From a virus: DNA of 64,000 nt. Below the pieces are notes generated by a model. The model searched no databases. It was not told the DNA's origin and was given only the letters and a program-made list of their open reading frames with translations. This document shows, one piece after another, positions 46,832 to 55,914 of the stretch. Both the position numbers and the translations under genes were made by a program. The stretch covers positions 14,575 to 78,574 of the IMG/VR virus record IMGVR_UViG_3300046454_000807; one strand, written 5' to 3'. How positions within the stretch are numbered: position 1 is the stretch's first letter; each line of letters begins with the position of its first letter.

Positions 46832-47207
46832 GGACATCCTCAACGAACGGGAGGGCCGCGCGATCATGAAGGCGGTTGCCATCGGCCAGGGCGACAAAGG
46901 ATTCTCCCAGGCCGAGCTGGCGAAGGTCTTCAAAGAGATGCACACCGCAAAGCTCCAGGGCGCGATCTTCGATCTCGTGGTGAGTGGGGAAATGCTGATC
47001 GAACTGGGCGATGAGGGAGAGCCCCGGTATCTCACCAGGCCGAACGCTCCGATCCTTCAGCAGCAGGTGCCCGAGTGCTACTCCTGCGGGGACGAGGACG
47101 CCGGGAAGTGCCCCAAGTCCCAGCGGGCCTGCGGTCACCATTGCAACTGTTCCTGGGTCCACGATCACTGCCACTGGTGCGGGAAGGAGTTCGGTGAGAA
47201 TGGCTGA
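46824..47207 (+). CDS. hypothetical protein with Cys/His-rich C-terminus
   Basis: CYSC..C..CGHHCNC..HDHCHWCG cluster. Confidence 0.55.
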   Translation: MSKDILNEREGRAIMKAVAIGQGDKGFSQAELAKVFKEMHTAKLQGAIFDLVVSGEMLIELGDEGEPRYLTRPNAPILQQQVPECYSCGDEDAGKCPKSQRACGHHCNCSWVHDHCHWCGKEFGENG

Positions 47208-47427
47208 GACCTGCCCGATCGACCACTGCGATCAACCCCGGAAATCGAATCAGCTCATGTGCAAGTCGCACTGGTACAAGGTGCCGAAGGAACTTCGGGA
47301 CAAAATATGGCGCCTCGCTCGCAAGATGTGGAACGGCGACGATGACGCCTACCAGGAGTGGAGCGACGCCCGAGACGAGGCAATCCACGCTGTGGAAGCC
47401 AAGGAGGACGAACATGCCGCGACCTGA
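47200..47427 (+). CDS. small zinc-binding hypothetical protein
   Basis: CPIDHC..LMCKSHWYKVPKELRDKIW motif. Confidence 0.6.
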   Translation: MAETCPIDHCDQPRKSNQLMCKSHWYKVPKELRDKIWRLARKMWNGDDDAYQEWSDARDEAIHAVEAKEDEHAAT

Positions 47428-47833
47428 CATGCAAGATGCCCTGGAGGCGATTGCAGCGTTCTGTCACCGGGAGGACGGGATTTTCTCCCTGGCTCTGAAC
47501 GCTCGTGCCGACGTAGGCAAATGGTCGGCTAGCTTGGCTTGGGGGCGCGAGGCGCCGGACTCCCCGATGGTGGCCGCACAGGCGATCGGGATGGGCGACA
47601 CGCCGGCAGAGGCAATCGCACAGATAGTGGAGGAAGCGAGGCTTACTGTGGTCGAGCCCGACCGCAAAAGCTGGAGCGTACCGATCTGCACGGGCTGCGG
47701 TGGCATCTTCGGGATGGCGCCGGGTCTGGATGCGGCTTGCACCTGCGACCGCACGGTGACGAAGACGGGTAAGACGATCAAACTCATAGAGGCGCCTGCG
47801 CGCCAGGAAGGGAGTGACAGTGTTCAAGACTGA
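47414..47833 (+). CDS. hypothetical protein
   Basis: SD AAGGAGG; C-terminal CxxC..CxC. Confidence 0.55.
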   Translation: MPRPDMQDALEAIAAFCHREDGIFSLALNARADVGKWSASLAWGREAPDSPMVAAQAIGMGDTPAEAIAQIVEEARLTVVEPDRKSWSVPICTGCGGIFGMAPGLDAACTCDRTVTKTGKTIKLIEAPARQEGSDSVQD

Positions 47834-48263
47834 GACAGGGGATACCCGTTGGGGCATCGTGGGGGTGTGGTGCGCGATCGCGTGCGTGGGGGTGCTCTTG
47901 ATGAGCTGGGGCATCGGGCTCGGCTGCGGCGCCTACAACCGCTACCAGGCTCGCCAGGATGCGGTCAACAAGGTTCACATCGCGCACACCGAAATCCAGC
48001 AGGCAGAAGAACAGGCCAAGGTGAACAACGCGCAGATCAAGGCGACGGAAGCAGAGGCACGAAAGCGGGTCGCCGAATCCATTGGTCTGAAGAGGTCCCA
48101 GGTCGAGATCAACAAGACGCTGACCCCGCTCTACGTGCAGCACGAGTATGTGCAGGCGATCGAGCAGGCTGCGCACTCCAGTTCCAACACAATCGAGTTC
48201 ATCCCCGTCGGGCAGAACGGGATACCGATCGTCGGTAGTACGAACATAACTCCTGGCCGATGA
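47814..48263 (+). CDS. membrane-anchored coiled-coil protein (SPFH/band-7 C-terminal-like)
   Basis: TM helix, then AE-rich coil and INKTLTPLYVQHE..FIPVGQNGIPI. Confidence 0.55.
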   Translation: MTVFKTETGDTRWGIVGVWCAIACVGVLLMSWGIGLGCGAYNRYQARQDAVNKVHIAHTEIQQAEEQAKVNNAQIKATEAEARKRVAESIGLKRSQVEINKTLTPLYVQHEYVQAIEQAAHSSSNTIEFIPVGQNGIPIVGSTNITPGR

Positions 48264-48538
48264 CCGCTGCGCAGGCCGCCAAGAAGTGTCGCGAGATCGC
48301 CGATCGCCTCTGGGAGAGTCGCGATAGGAAGTCGCCTTCTCGCGATGTTCTGTCGCTGGACTCCGGTGACCTGCACATGGTGGCGGGACTCCTCGAAGGC
48401 CGCAAGTGGACGCTCTACGTTTGTCCTTCGGAGTCTTGCATTTTCGTGTCGATGACACCAGGAAAATGCCGAAGCCATCCTTATCCCTGTCGGGCGATGG
48501 GTCCCGAGCTGGAGAAGGTTGAGGTTCTGGCCATATGA
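48260..48538 (+). CDS. hypothetical protein
   Basis: Coupled; 92 aa. Confidence 0.5.
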   Translation: MTAAQAAKKCREIADRLWESRDRKSPSRDVLSLDSGDLHMVAGLLEGRKWTLYVCPSESCIFVSMTPGKCRSHPYPCRAMGPELEKVEVLAI

Positions 48539-48954
48539 GGGTGAAGTGGCGTCGGCGGCGCAAACCAGCACCGGCGGAGCCGCGGCCGACGGACCTCTCC
48601 GAGGCCCGCGAGGGCGCCCGCTACTACGCGCTCTGTGGTGACAACATGTGGGGGATGTCGATCACCTGGCAGCACAAGCCCGGTGAGCACCCCGCCGACA
48701 CCGAAGACACTGGCACCTACGCCTCGATCATCGGTTGGCTGCCACAGCCGAGACCTGAGCCCGGCGACGTGATTGTGGCGCCGATGAGGGGGGGCGCTGG
48801 CGAATGGATCGTGCAGTCGGTGTCGCGGATCGCCAACGTCGATGACGGCTTCACCGCTGAGCTGCGCGGCGTGGTCGGCTACCTGGAGCCCGCGCCGCAG
48901 TTCAAATCGGCGCTGGAACTCCTGAAGACCGACCAGCGGAGTGAGTACGTATGA
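48535..48954 (+). CDS. hypothetical protein
   Basis: Coupled; 139 aa. Confidence 0.55.
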   Translation: MRVKWRRRRKPAPAEPRPTDLSEAREGARYYALCGDNMWGMSITWQHKPGEHPADTEDTGTYASIIGWLPQPRPEPGDVIVAPMRGGAGEWIVQSVSRIANVDDGFTAELRGVVGYLEPAPQFKSALELLKTDQRSEYV

Positions 48955-49148
48955 CCGCGCCGTCGCCCAAGGTCCTCCAGCTCACCCGCTCGATGGCGCG
49001 GTACGACTTCTCGAAAGACCCGCTCGTCTCGGCCGACATCGTGATCGAAAAGGGTGGCCGCGTGTGTAAGGACCACAACGGAACGGCGGGGCGCGACGCG
49101 ACCGACGCCGAGCTACGCGAAGCGAAGAAAGCGAACCCGAACCGATGA
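48951..49148 (+). CDS. hypothetical protein
   Basis: Coupled; 65 aa. Confidence 0.5.
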   Translation: MTAPSPKVLQLTRSMARYDFSKDPLVSADIVIEKGGRVCKDHNGTAGRDATDAELREAKKANPNR

Positions 49149-49160
49149 ACGAGGCGTAGG

Positions 49161-49508
49161 TTGCGTAAGTTCGTGCCAGGCGATCCCAGGGGTAGGTCTT
49201 GGGAGCAGGAGGAAACCGAGCGAGTCGGCCTCGATGAGGGCCATCGCTACGCCACGCTGAGAGGCGCAGCGATCGGCGCCGCCCCCGACGAGCTACTCGA
49301 CCTCGCCGACGAGCAGCTTCGGGAGTTCGACAAGGAACTGCACCGCCTGTTGAAGCACCTGCCCCGCAAGTACGAGGACAGGATCAAGAAACTGCACCAC
49401 CCCTTTTCCGAGGCCAGGGGTCTGATGGAGGCCGCGGCGATCCTGATCGAGAACGCCCGCACGCCGCTGGAGCGCTCGCGTCCTCCCGTCGAGGTAGACG
49501 AGGCATGA
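49161..49508 (+). CDS. hypothetical protein
   Basis: 115 aa, helical. Confidence 0.5.
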   Translation: MRKFVPGDPRGRSWEQEETERVGLDEGHRYATLRGAAIGAAPDELLDLADEQLREFDKELHRLLKHLPRKYEDRIKKLHHPFSEARGLMEAAAILIENARTPLERSRPPVEVDEA

Positions 49509-49720
49509 GCGTTGCGAGTGGCGGCATCCCCGCCGGCTACCGGGTCGAAGAGACCGACGAGCGAGTGGAGTCGATGGGTAAGCGATTCCTTCGCTTCCGG
49601 GCGCAGGCATTCGCACGAAAATATCCGCCGTCACTCCCGAGCTATCACCTGCGAGTCGAGAAGGTGGGGTTTCTCCTGTATGAGGTCGTCGCCTACCAGA
49701 ACCGGCTGGTGAGAATCTAA
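49505..49720 (+). CDS. hypothetical protein
   Basis: Coupled; 71 aa. Confidence 0.45.
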   Translation: MSVASGGIPAGYRVEETDERVESMGKRFLRFRAQAFARKYPPSLPSYHLRVEKVGFLLYEVVAYQNRLVRI

Positions 49721-49890
49721 TGGCCGACCTCTTTCCCGAGAAGATCACACAGTGGCGTTGCCCTCATTGTGGGATGGTGATGGATGGCAAGACGTACAAC
49801 ATCGACTCGGAGCGCAAGAAATGCTCGAAGCTCTGGCATAAGGGCGGCGCGGCGAAGCAGACCTACATCCGAGAGGACAAATGTCGATGA
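49720..49890 (+). CDS. small zinc-ribbon hypothetical protein (not in the ORF track)
   Basis: TAATG coupling; MADLFPEKITQWRCPHCG... Confidence 0.45.
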   Translation: MADLFPEKITQWRCPHCGMVMDGKTYNIDSERKKCSKLWHKGGAAKQTYIREDKCR

Positions 49891-50090
49891 CCGATGACGA
49901 GAAGCTAGTCTGTCCTGTTCACGGTGAGGTCGAGGGACTCTCGCTCACAGAGGGACCACTGTCAGAGACGCATCCCTGGGCGATCGTCTGCGAGAAGTGC
50001 GACCCTTTTCACTCCGTGATCGTGGGCTGGGAGCTTGACGGCGTGGGTGTGCGCCGGGATTGGGAAGACTTTGGGGAGGCGCTTACATGA
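49881..50090 (+). CDS. hypothetical protein
   Basis: SD GAGGA; CPVH..CEKC motif. Confidence 0.5.
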   Translation: MSMTDDEKLVCPVHGEVEGLSLTEGPLSETHPWAIVCEKCDPFHSVIVGWELDGVGVRRDWEDFGEALT

Positions 50091-50287
50091 TGCCGAGACC
50101 AGGGACCGCCGGCTACTGCATCGAACGCGACGACGGGCACTACTACCTCGGGACGATCGACGGCCACCCGGGCTTTGGGCACGGTCAACGCGCCGCGGTG
50201 TTCAAGACCGAGCAGGCCGCGGAAGATCGAATGCACGGACTCGAAGGCAAGGAGCCCGGCAGCGAGTTCAAGGTGGTGCCAGAGTGA
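50087..50287 (+). CDS. hypothetical protein
   Basis: ATGA coupling. Confidence 0.5.
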   Translation: MMPRPGTAGYCIERDDGHYYLGTIDGHPGFGHGQRAAVFKTEQAAEDRMHGLEGKEPGSEFKVVPE

Positions 50288-50496
50288 CCTACAAGGTACT
50301 GATAATGAAGCCGGCGAAGAAGCGCTGGCTGCGAAAGGATCGGCCGGCGTGTGTCTACACCTTTGGCGAATCCGAGACTCTCCAGGGGGCGCTGATACTC
50401 CTAGAGGGGGCGCCGTTCTACATCGGAGAGGAATGTGTTGTCGTTAACGAGAGCGGCTCTCAGCACGCGATCAAGCGCGGCAGGGTGAAGGTCTGA
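50284..50496 (+). CDS. hypothetical protein
   Basis: GTGA coupling. Confidence 0.45.
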   Translation: MTYKVLIMKPAKKRWLRKDRPACVYTFGESETLQGALILLEGAPFYIGEECVVVNESGSQHAIKRGRVKV

Positions 50497-50702
50497 TGGT
50501 CGCGGGGCATGACGCCCGGCTTGGCGCCGCGCTGAAAGAGGTCGGCTATCCGAAGTCAGTAGTCGAGATGGCGCGGCGAGGCCATTGGTCCGATTTCAAG
50601 AGCCCGCTCGGTTTGCCGAAGATGGAGTTGGTGGGGATGCTCGACACCGACGGCCACACTGAGCTTAGTAAGCGTGTCAGGGAAGGGGAGTTCGACGGTT
50701 GA
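50496..50702 (+). CDS. hypothetical protein
   Basis: MARRGHWSDFKSPLGLPKMEL..RVREGEFD motif. Confidence 0.6.
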   Translation: MVAGHDARLGAALKEVGYPKSVVEMARRGHWSDFKSPLGLPKMELVGMLDTDGHTELSKRVREGEFDG

Positions 50703-50735
50703 TGTCCCCCCGCCCCGGTTACACTCACATGGAAC

Positions 50736-50818
50736 GCCCCGATGGTGGAACGGTAGACACGGTGGCCTTAAAAGCCAACTGTCCTTTGGGCGTGCGGGTT
50801 CGACTCCCGCTCGGGGCA
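50736..50818 (+). tRNA. tRNA-Leu, anticodon UAA (CCA not encoded)
   Basis: Acceptor stem GCCCCGA/TCGGGGC+A; D arm GTGGAACGGTAGACAC; anticodon loop CT-TAA-AA; long variable arm; T arm GCGGG-TTCGACT-CCCGC. Confidence 0.9.
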
Positions 50819-51096
50819 TGAAGGTCAACGTCGAAATCTTCGTCGTCACCGACTCGGCGCCGCTACCGGAGGGCTCGAAGGTCGAGTTCCCGGTCAGCAT
50901 GTGGTTCAACCGCGTGCCAATCGCCGGCGAGATCATCGAGTTCGCGGACGTGGCCACCGGCGACTACCAGGACTTGACGCTGGAAGTCGCCAAGGTGATC
51001 TGGACTGTGGACGAGCGCAAGCCCGACGCGCCCGAAGCCGAGCCCCAGTTCGGGGAGGCCCGTGCGCAGGTCGGATGCCGGGTGGTGGCGACGTGA
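50818..51096 (+). CDS. hypothetical protein
   Basis: Start MKVNVEIF, whose A is the tRNA discriminator base; RVPIAGEII motif. Confidence 0.55.
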   Translation: MKVNVEIFVVTDSAPLPEGSKVEFPVSMWFNRVPIAGEIIEFADVATGDYQDLTLEVAKVIWTVDERKPDAPEAEPQFGEARAQVGCRVVAT

Positions 51097-51470
51097 GGCT
51101 CCACGAGGCCAGGGAACGGCTGCTCGAAGCGGCGCTTAGCGCCGCGGCCGTGGATATGGAAGGGCGCCCGATGACGGCGAACACCGACGCCGAACGCGAG
51201 CTGCACGACGACCTCCTCACCGCCGAGGTCGCCCAGTACGCGCGCCTCCTCGTCGAGGCCGGCAAGATCGACCAGGAGCTGCCGACGGCAGAGGCGGAGC
51301 GCTCGATCCGCAACCAGGTGATCGGCTACATGAAGGGGAAAGCGATGGCGCGACGCGACGGACCAACAGCGAGGACCGCCAAGGAGCGTGCCGACCTCGG
51401 GCGCGAGATCGCCGCCTTCCAGACCGTGGCCGAGCTTCTGGAAACCGAGGCGTCTGAAGTCCCCGACTGA
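51093..51470 (+). CDS. hypothetical protein
   Basis: GTGA coupling; helical. Confidence 0.5.
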   Translation: MRLHEARERLLEAALSAAAVDMEGRPMTANTDAERELHDDLLTAEVAQYARLLVEAGKIDQELPTAEAERSIRNQVIGYMKGKAMARRDGPTARTAKERADLGREIAAFQTVAELLETEASEVPD

Positions 51471-51553
51471 GGCTGTGTCGCACTTCTCCTCGGCATGATA
51501 CTTGTCTCACTCCCGACATAAATGTCGCATCAACCAGATATACGTTCATCGTA

Positions 51554-51784
51554 ATGGACCTCGACCTCACCCAGCTCAAGCCCGGCGATCGCGTCGCCTT
51601 TTCCGACTCGCAGGCGACCACCAGCACTGGCGAGGAGGGTGTCGCCGAGGGAACAGTGAACGGCGAGCCGATTGCCGACGACGCTGGCGCGATCACGCAC
51701 GTTCCGATCTGGGCTGAGCGCGACAACGGCCGCGAGGCCACGACGATCTTCGTCGGCGCCGCTAACATCCTCGGCAAGCGATGA
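51554..51784 (+). CDS. hypothetical SH3/KOW-like small protein (leaderless)
   Basis: TACGTT-7nt-ATG; LKPGDRV motif. Confidence 0.55.
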   Translation: MDLDLTQLKPGDRVAFSDSQATTSTGEEGVAEGTVNGEPIADDAGAITHVPIWAERDNGREATTIFVGAANILGKR

Positions 51785-52002
51785 CCCTGCTCACCCGCCA
51801 GGACCTCGACCGGATGATGATCGAGGGCTGTGACGCCTGTAAACGGGAGGGAACGGAGTGTCAGAGCCACGAAGGCGTCTTCCTGCACGGCAAGTGCCAT
51901 CCCGACGCCGGCGCCTGGGTCGAATACAAGGACGGCCGGGTGCGGCTTCTCTGCGGATCGTGCGGCTTCGAGATCGTGCAAGTGAAGGTCGCCCTGGAGT
52001 AA
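51781..52002 (+). CDS. small Cys/His-rich hypothetical protein
   Basis: CxxC, CxxH, HxxCH and CxxC motifs. Confidence 0.55.
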   Translation: MTLLTRQDLDRMMIEGCDACKREGTECQSHEGVFLHGKCHPDAGAWVEYKDGRVRLLCGSCGFEIVQVKVALE

Positions 52003-52023
52003 AAAACGTATGGTCCGTTCCAC

Positions 52024-52359
52024 GTGCAACCGGATGAGCGCCCCTGTACCAAATGCGGGAACGAGCCGCGGGTTCCTGGCCAGCGCTGGGGGCGTGCCTG
52101 CTTCGCTGCTTGGAAACGGGAAAATCGACCCAAGCACTCGGAATTGAGCGACGAGGAACGCCGTAAGGCCAATGCTCGGTCCCACGCGAATATCGCACTC
52201 CGTCGCGGGCAGATCAAACGCGAACCGTGTCCATGTGGGTCTCTAGATGTCCAGATGCACCACGACGACTACTCGAAACCGCTTCAAGTCAAATGGCGGT
52301 GTGTCCGTTGTCATCTCGCCGAACATGACGGAGCCTTCGGGAAGAAGTCACGAGCTTAA
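52024..52359 (+). CDS. HNH-like/zinc-finger endonuclease
   Basis: PCPCG..QMHHDDYSKPLQVKWRCVRCH motif. Confidence 0.65.
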   Translation: MQPDERPCTKCGNEPRVPGQRWGRACFAAWKRENRPKHSELSDEERRKANARSHANIALRRGQIKREPCPCGSLDVQMHHDDYSKPLQVKWRCVRCHLAEHDGAFGKKSRA

Positions 52360-52443
52360 AAAAAGTGCGGCATTTGCGGTAAAATTGCGACGCCGGGGCG
52401 GTTACGGGTCTTGTGCCGCCTCGGCCCATGTATATTCCCGGCC

Positions 52444-52782
52444 GTGCCGCGGCAGCCACTTACGCCCAGTCAGCGATCGACGCTCCTCGCGCGCAGCGGG
52501 GGGCTTGACCTCACGCCAGCCGATCCGATCCTGGACCCCGAGACCGGCGACGAGCTGGTGGCTGAAACGCTGGTCAACGCTGAACCCGGCAATGGCGTCG
52601 TCTGGACGGCCCTCTGGAGCGATGGTGGGGTTCCCCTCACGCCGGATCAGGCCCGCCAGTGGGCGGCGGCCCTGCTCGTCGGCGCCGACTACGTGGAGTT
52701 CGGGCCGGGCGAGTGGAAGCGCGAGGCGCTGCCGGAGGGCAACACCGTGACCTGGGTTTCACACATCAAGGAGGAAAGATGA
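52444..52782 (+). CDS. hypothetical protein (leaderless)
   Basis: TATATT-7nt-GTG. Confidence 0.55.
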   Translation: MPRQPLTPSQRSTLLARSGGLDLTPADPILDPETGDELVAETLVNAEPGNGVVWTALWSDGGVPLTPDQARQWAAALLVGADYVEFGPGEWKREALPEGNTVTWVSHIKEER

Positions 52783-53315
52783 CCAAAGCGATGGCCGTGA
52801 CCTTGAAGCAGCCGAAGCTCACCGAGCACCAGCGTTACACGCTCGGTACAGCAGTGCAGAATGCCTACCTGAGACACAATTGGAACGGTGTCACAAAAGC
52901 TGAGGGTCATCCGAAGGTGTGGGAGGGTAGGCGGCTCGGCACGTCGATCACGTCGGTCAAGGCGATGCTGCGTGCGAAAGTAATCGCACCCTCCCCGACC
53001 GGCGCTCACATGCTCACCATAGTCGGGATCGAAATCGGCGAGGAGGAGTGTCTGGAGCGCACGGGCATCTCGCCCAAGCAGGTGGCGGAGGAGCAGCGGG
53101 CGACGAAGGAGAAAGAGGAACGTGACCGCGAGGCTCGCATCGAAAATCTGCTCGCGCCGTTCAAGGGCATCAAGGTCAAGCAGAAGGGCAAGGGGCGCCC
53201 GGTTGACCTCGTGAAGCTCTTCGGCGAGCGGCTCGAACAGCGCGGCACCGTCGAGCTGAAGGAGAGCGAACTAGAGGAACTCGGCAGGGCGATCGAGAAG
53301 CTGAGGCAGTCGTGA
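52779..53315 (+). CDS. hypothetical protein
   Basis: SD AAGGAGG; start MTKAMAV. Confidence 0.6.
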   Translation: MTKAMAVTLKQPKLTEHQRYTLGTAVQNAYLRHNWNGVTKAEGHPKVWEGRRLGTSITSVKAMLRAKVIAPSPTGAHMLTIVGIEIGEEECLERTGISPKQVAEEQRATKEKEERDREARIENLLAPFKGIKVKQKGKGRPVDLVKLFGERLEQRGTVELKESELEELGRAIEKLRQS

Positions 53316-53695
53316 GGTTTCGACTCCCACGGCGCCGGCGGTTTAAGTCAGACGCGGAGGCGACCGCGGAGGGCGATGCGATCGACCGCGCGGCCAACTG
53401 GGCTCGCCACATCATGGAACGCGACTTCCCCGAGGCGGGTGCGCTCCGGGCGGTATTGGTGGTCGAGGCCGCGGAGGAGAACCGACCGCCGATCGTCTTC
53501 TACTCGTCCGACACCACCAGCATCCACCCGATCATGCTCCACGGGCTGATGTCGATGGCGATGCAGCTCGCGCAGCAAACGGCGATTCGTCAGCACATCA
53601 GGGAATGGGCGTCTGAGGTTGGGCCGCCGTCCGAGGAGGAGACCAGAAAGATGGTTGAAGGGCTGCTCCACGGTGAATCTGATGTCCGGGGGTAG
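53312..53695 (+). CDS. hypothetical protein
   Basis: Coupled; 127 aa. Confidence 0.55.
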   Translation: MRFRLPRRRRFKSDAEATAEGDAIDRAANWARHIMERDFPEAGALRAVLVVEAAEENRPPIVFYSSDTTSIHPIMLHGLMSMAMQLAQQTAIRQHIREWASEVGPPSEEETRKMVEGLLHGESDVRG

Positions 53696-53788
53696 CTGCT
53701 ACCTTGGCGGTGTGCTTGTCGGCGTGGACTGGGCGCCGGCCGGCTTCGAGCCCAGGGTGATCGCCGCGGTTGCCCTGGGCTCAACTGC

Positions 53789-54070
53789 GTGATGGCCAGC
53801 TTCCCGTCAACATGGCGCCGGGTCGGCAAGTCCACGATCCGCTGGCTGGGCCACAGTGGCACCGACCAGGAATTCGACGGACTGCCCATCGGAGACGCGA
53901 TCTCGCTGTCGGTGCGGAAGTGGTTTCCCTCGAACAACTCGCCCGATGGCTTCGTGTTGATGATCGTGGTTGAGCGTGAAGGTGGACGAATGTCCGAGGA
54001 GGAGGCCGAAGAGTACGTCAGGCGCGAGCTGGGTATCGCAAGGGCCGCTCGCGAGGGTCCGTCCCCCTAA
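53789..54070 (+). CDS. hypothetical protein
   Basis: 93 aa. Confidence 0.5.
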   Translation: MMASFPSTWRRVGKSTIRWLGHSGTDQEFDGLPIGDAISLSVRKWFPSNNSPDGFVLMIVVEREGGRMSEEEAEEYVRRELGIARAAREGPSP

Positions 54071-54116
54071 TACGGTAATACCTGCAACAATGTGGGTCCA
54101 CCGAAAGGAGCGACAC

Positions 54117-54458
54117 GTGTCCGTAGTGGACGAAGCTCGTGAGCTAGTGCAGAGTCGAATCGCAGCGCTTGATGGGGAACGCGGGAAACTCAGCCGCGCC
54201 CTCAACGAGCTGGGCGGCTCGCCAAAGCCGGCTCGGCGAGCCACCCAGTCCGGTCGCAAACGCGGGCGCCCGAAGGGGCGTAAGGGGACGCGAGCGGACG
54301 AGGCAGTCAAGCTCATCCAGGCGAACAAGGACGGCATCACCGCGTCCGAGATCGCCAAGGCGATGAGGATCAAGCCGAACTACCTCTACAGGGTGCTCGG
54401 CGAACTGGAGAAGGAAAAGCGGGTCCGCAAGGTGGGCCGCACGTACTTCCCAGTTTGA
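54117..54458 (+). CDS. coiled-coil + AT-hook-like + winged-helix DNA-binding protein (nucleoid-associated-like)
   Basis: SD AAAGGAG; RKRGRPKG; GITASEIAKAMRIKPNYLYRVLGEL; has its own terminator. Confidence 0.7.
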   Translation: MSVVDEARELVQSRIAALDGERGKLSRALNELGGSPKPARRATQSGRKRGRPKGRKGTRADEAVKLIQANKDGITASEIAKAMRIKPNYLYRVLGELEKEKRVRKVGRTYFPV

Positions 54459-54468
54459 TGGCAGGGAT

Positions 54469-54498
54469 GAGGCGCCTCGGCTTCGGTCGGGGCGCCTC
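54469..54498 (+). terminator. UUCG-capped hairpin
   Basis: GAGGCGCCTCGGC-TTCG-GTCGGGGCGCCTC. Confidence 0.7.
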
Positions 54499-54504
54499 TC
54501 AGTT

Positions 54505-54894
54505 ATGGCCTACGAACTGAAACTCTTCGACGTACCGCCCAGCTTCAACAAGGTCGGGCATACGGGGAGTCGCTGGGCCTGGACCCGAGCCAAGAAGCAG
54601 TGGCAGGGAGACATCGAGATCGCGCTGATGGCCTCTCAAATCCCGCGTGGCCTCATGCAGGTTCGAGCCAGCGCCCGGCTCTACTTCGACACCAACCGCC
54701 GGCGCGACGAAGGCAACTACCGCGTGCTGCTGGAGAAGTGCCTTGGCGATGCGCTGGTGAATGGCAAGTGGCTCCCCGACGACACCGCCGACTTCTATTC
54801 CTTCGGCAAGGTCGAGACGGGCTTGCGCTCGGCCGGGAAGCCCTACACGATCCTCGTGCTCGACTGTCCCCCGGCTGCGGTGAAGGCAGCATGA
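54505..54894 (+). CDS. RusA-like Holliday junction resolvase
   Basis: PPSFN, RRRDEGN..EKCLGDAL..LPDD motifs. Confidence 0.7.
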   Translation: MAYELKLFDVPPSFNKVGHTGSRWAWTRAKKQWQGDIEIALMASQIPRGLMQVRASARLYFDTNRRRDEGNYRVLLEKCLGDALVNGKWLPDDTADFYSFGKVETGLRSAGKPYTILVLDCPPAAVKAA

Positions 54895-55254
54895 GGTTCT
54901 TCCGCTTCCTGCGGTCGTTGCGGCCGCGCCGCTATGAGCCCCGGCTTCGACCGGCGAAGGAGATCGCGATCGAAGCTCGTCGAGCGGAGCGCGAAGGCTA
55001 TCCGCCGCCGCGCATCCCCGACCCTCACCGTCACCTGCCCCGGATGTAAGATCGCCGTGGAGGCGCCGGTCAGCTCCCTGACCCGGCCGAGCTGCGTCGC
55101 GACTACCCCTGCCGTCGCGGCGTAGCCGCCTCCCTTTTCCTGCGGAGATTGCGGCCAAGTTCGACAATCTCGTCAAACCTTGGTTCCAACTCTGGTAGCT
55201 TGCGCCGTCGTGGCCGAGGGCAAGAAAGCACGCACTCCTGACTACGTTCGGAAG

Positions 55255-55914
55255 ATGCCGGAGTACGTCGAGGTCCTGGCGGCCGCCGGCGTCGCCACGG
55301 ATGCGTCGAAGGATGGTGTGGAGGTCACCGACGAAGCCAGCGCGGCGCGGGCCAGCGAGGTCCTGACGCGGGTCTCCAAGGCGGTCAAGCTGATCGACTC
55401 CAAGCGCAAGGACGCGACCGCGCCCTACCGGAACTCGACCAAGGTCATCGACGCCGAGTTCAAAGAGCTGGCGTCGCCGCTCGAAGGCGTCGAGGAACGG
55501 CTGAAGAGAGAGATCGGCCGCTTCGAAGGCGAGCGCCGACGCCAGGAGGAAGAGGCCCAGCGCCAACACGAAAAAGAGGTCCGCGATGCTCAGGAGCGAG
55601 CCCGCAAGCAGCGCGAGGACGAGGAGCGTGCCGCCGCGGAGGCCGCGAGTGCTGGCGAGCCCGCCCCGGCGCCCGAGCCTCCACCGACACCGCCTGCACC
55701 CCCCCCGCCGCCGCGAGAGAAGGTCACGCGCCACACCGGCGCCGGCTCGGTAGGCACGCGGACGGTCTGGAAGCACGAGGTCGTGGACTTCGAGCAGCTC
55801 CCCGACGACTACAAGGTCGCCAACGACGCGGCCTTGACCAAGGCGGTGCGCGAGGGCGAGCGGTCGATCCCCGGCGTCCGCATCTACCCCGACGAGGTAG
55901 TCGCCGTGCGCTGA
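55255..55914 (+). CDS. coiled-coil protein with Gp157/Gam-like C-terminus
   Basis: KRKDATAPY..IDAEFK and WKHEVVD..LPDDY..IPGVRIY motifs. Confidence 0.6.
   Translation: MPEYVEVLAAAGVATDASKDGVEVTDEASAARASEVLTRVSKAVKLIDSKRKDATAPYRNSTKVIDAEFKELASPLEGVEERLKREIGRFEGERRRQEEEAQRQHEKEVRDAQERARKQREDEERAAAEAASAGEPAPAPEPPPTPPAPPPPPREKVTRHTGAGSVGTRTVWKHEVVDFEQLPDDYKVANDAALTKAVREGERSIPGVRIYPDEVVAVR

Noticed and set aside
50674-50817. N-terminal part of ORF 50674..51096
   Set aside because: It runs through the tRNA gene; coding-like sequence begins at ATG 50818.
50736-50818. tRNA as a prophage attachment site or host boundary
   Set aside because: Phage-like small genes continue on both sides, no duplicated tRNA 3' end was found, and it is 15 kb from the recombinase.
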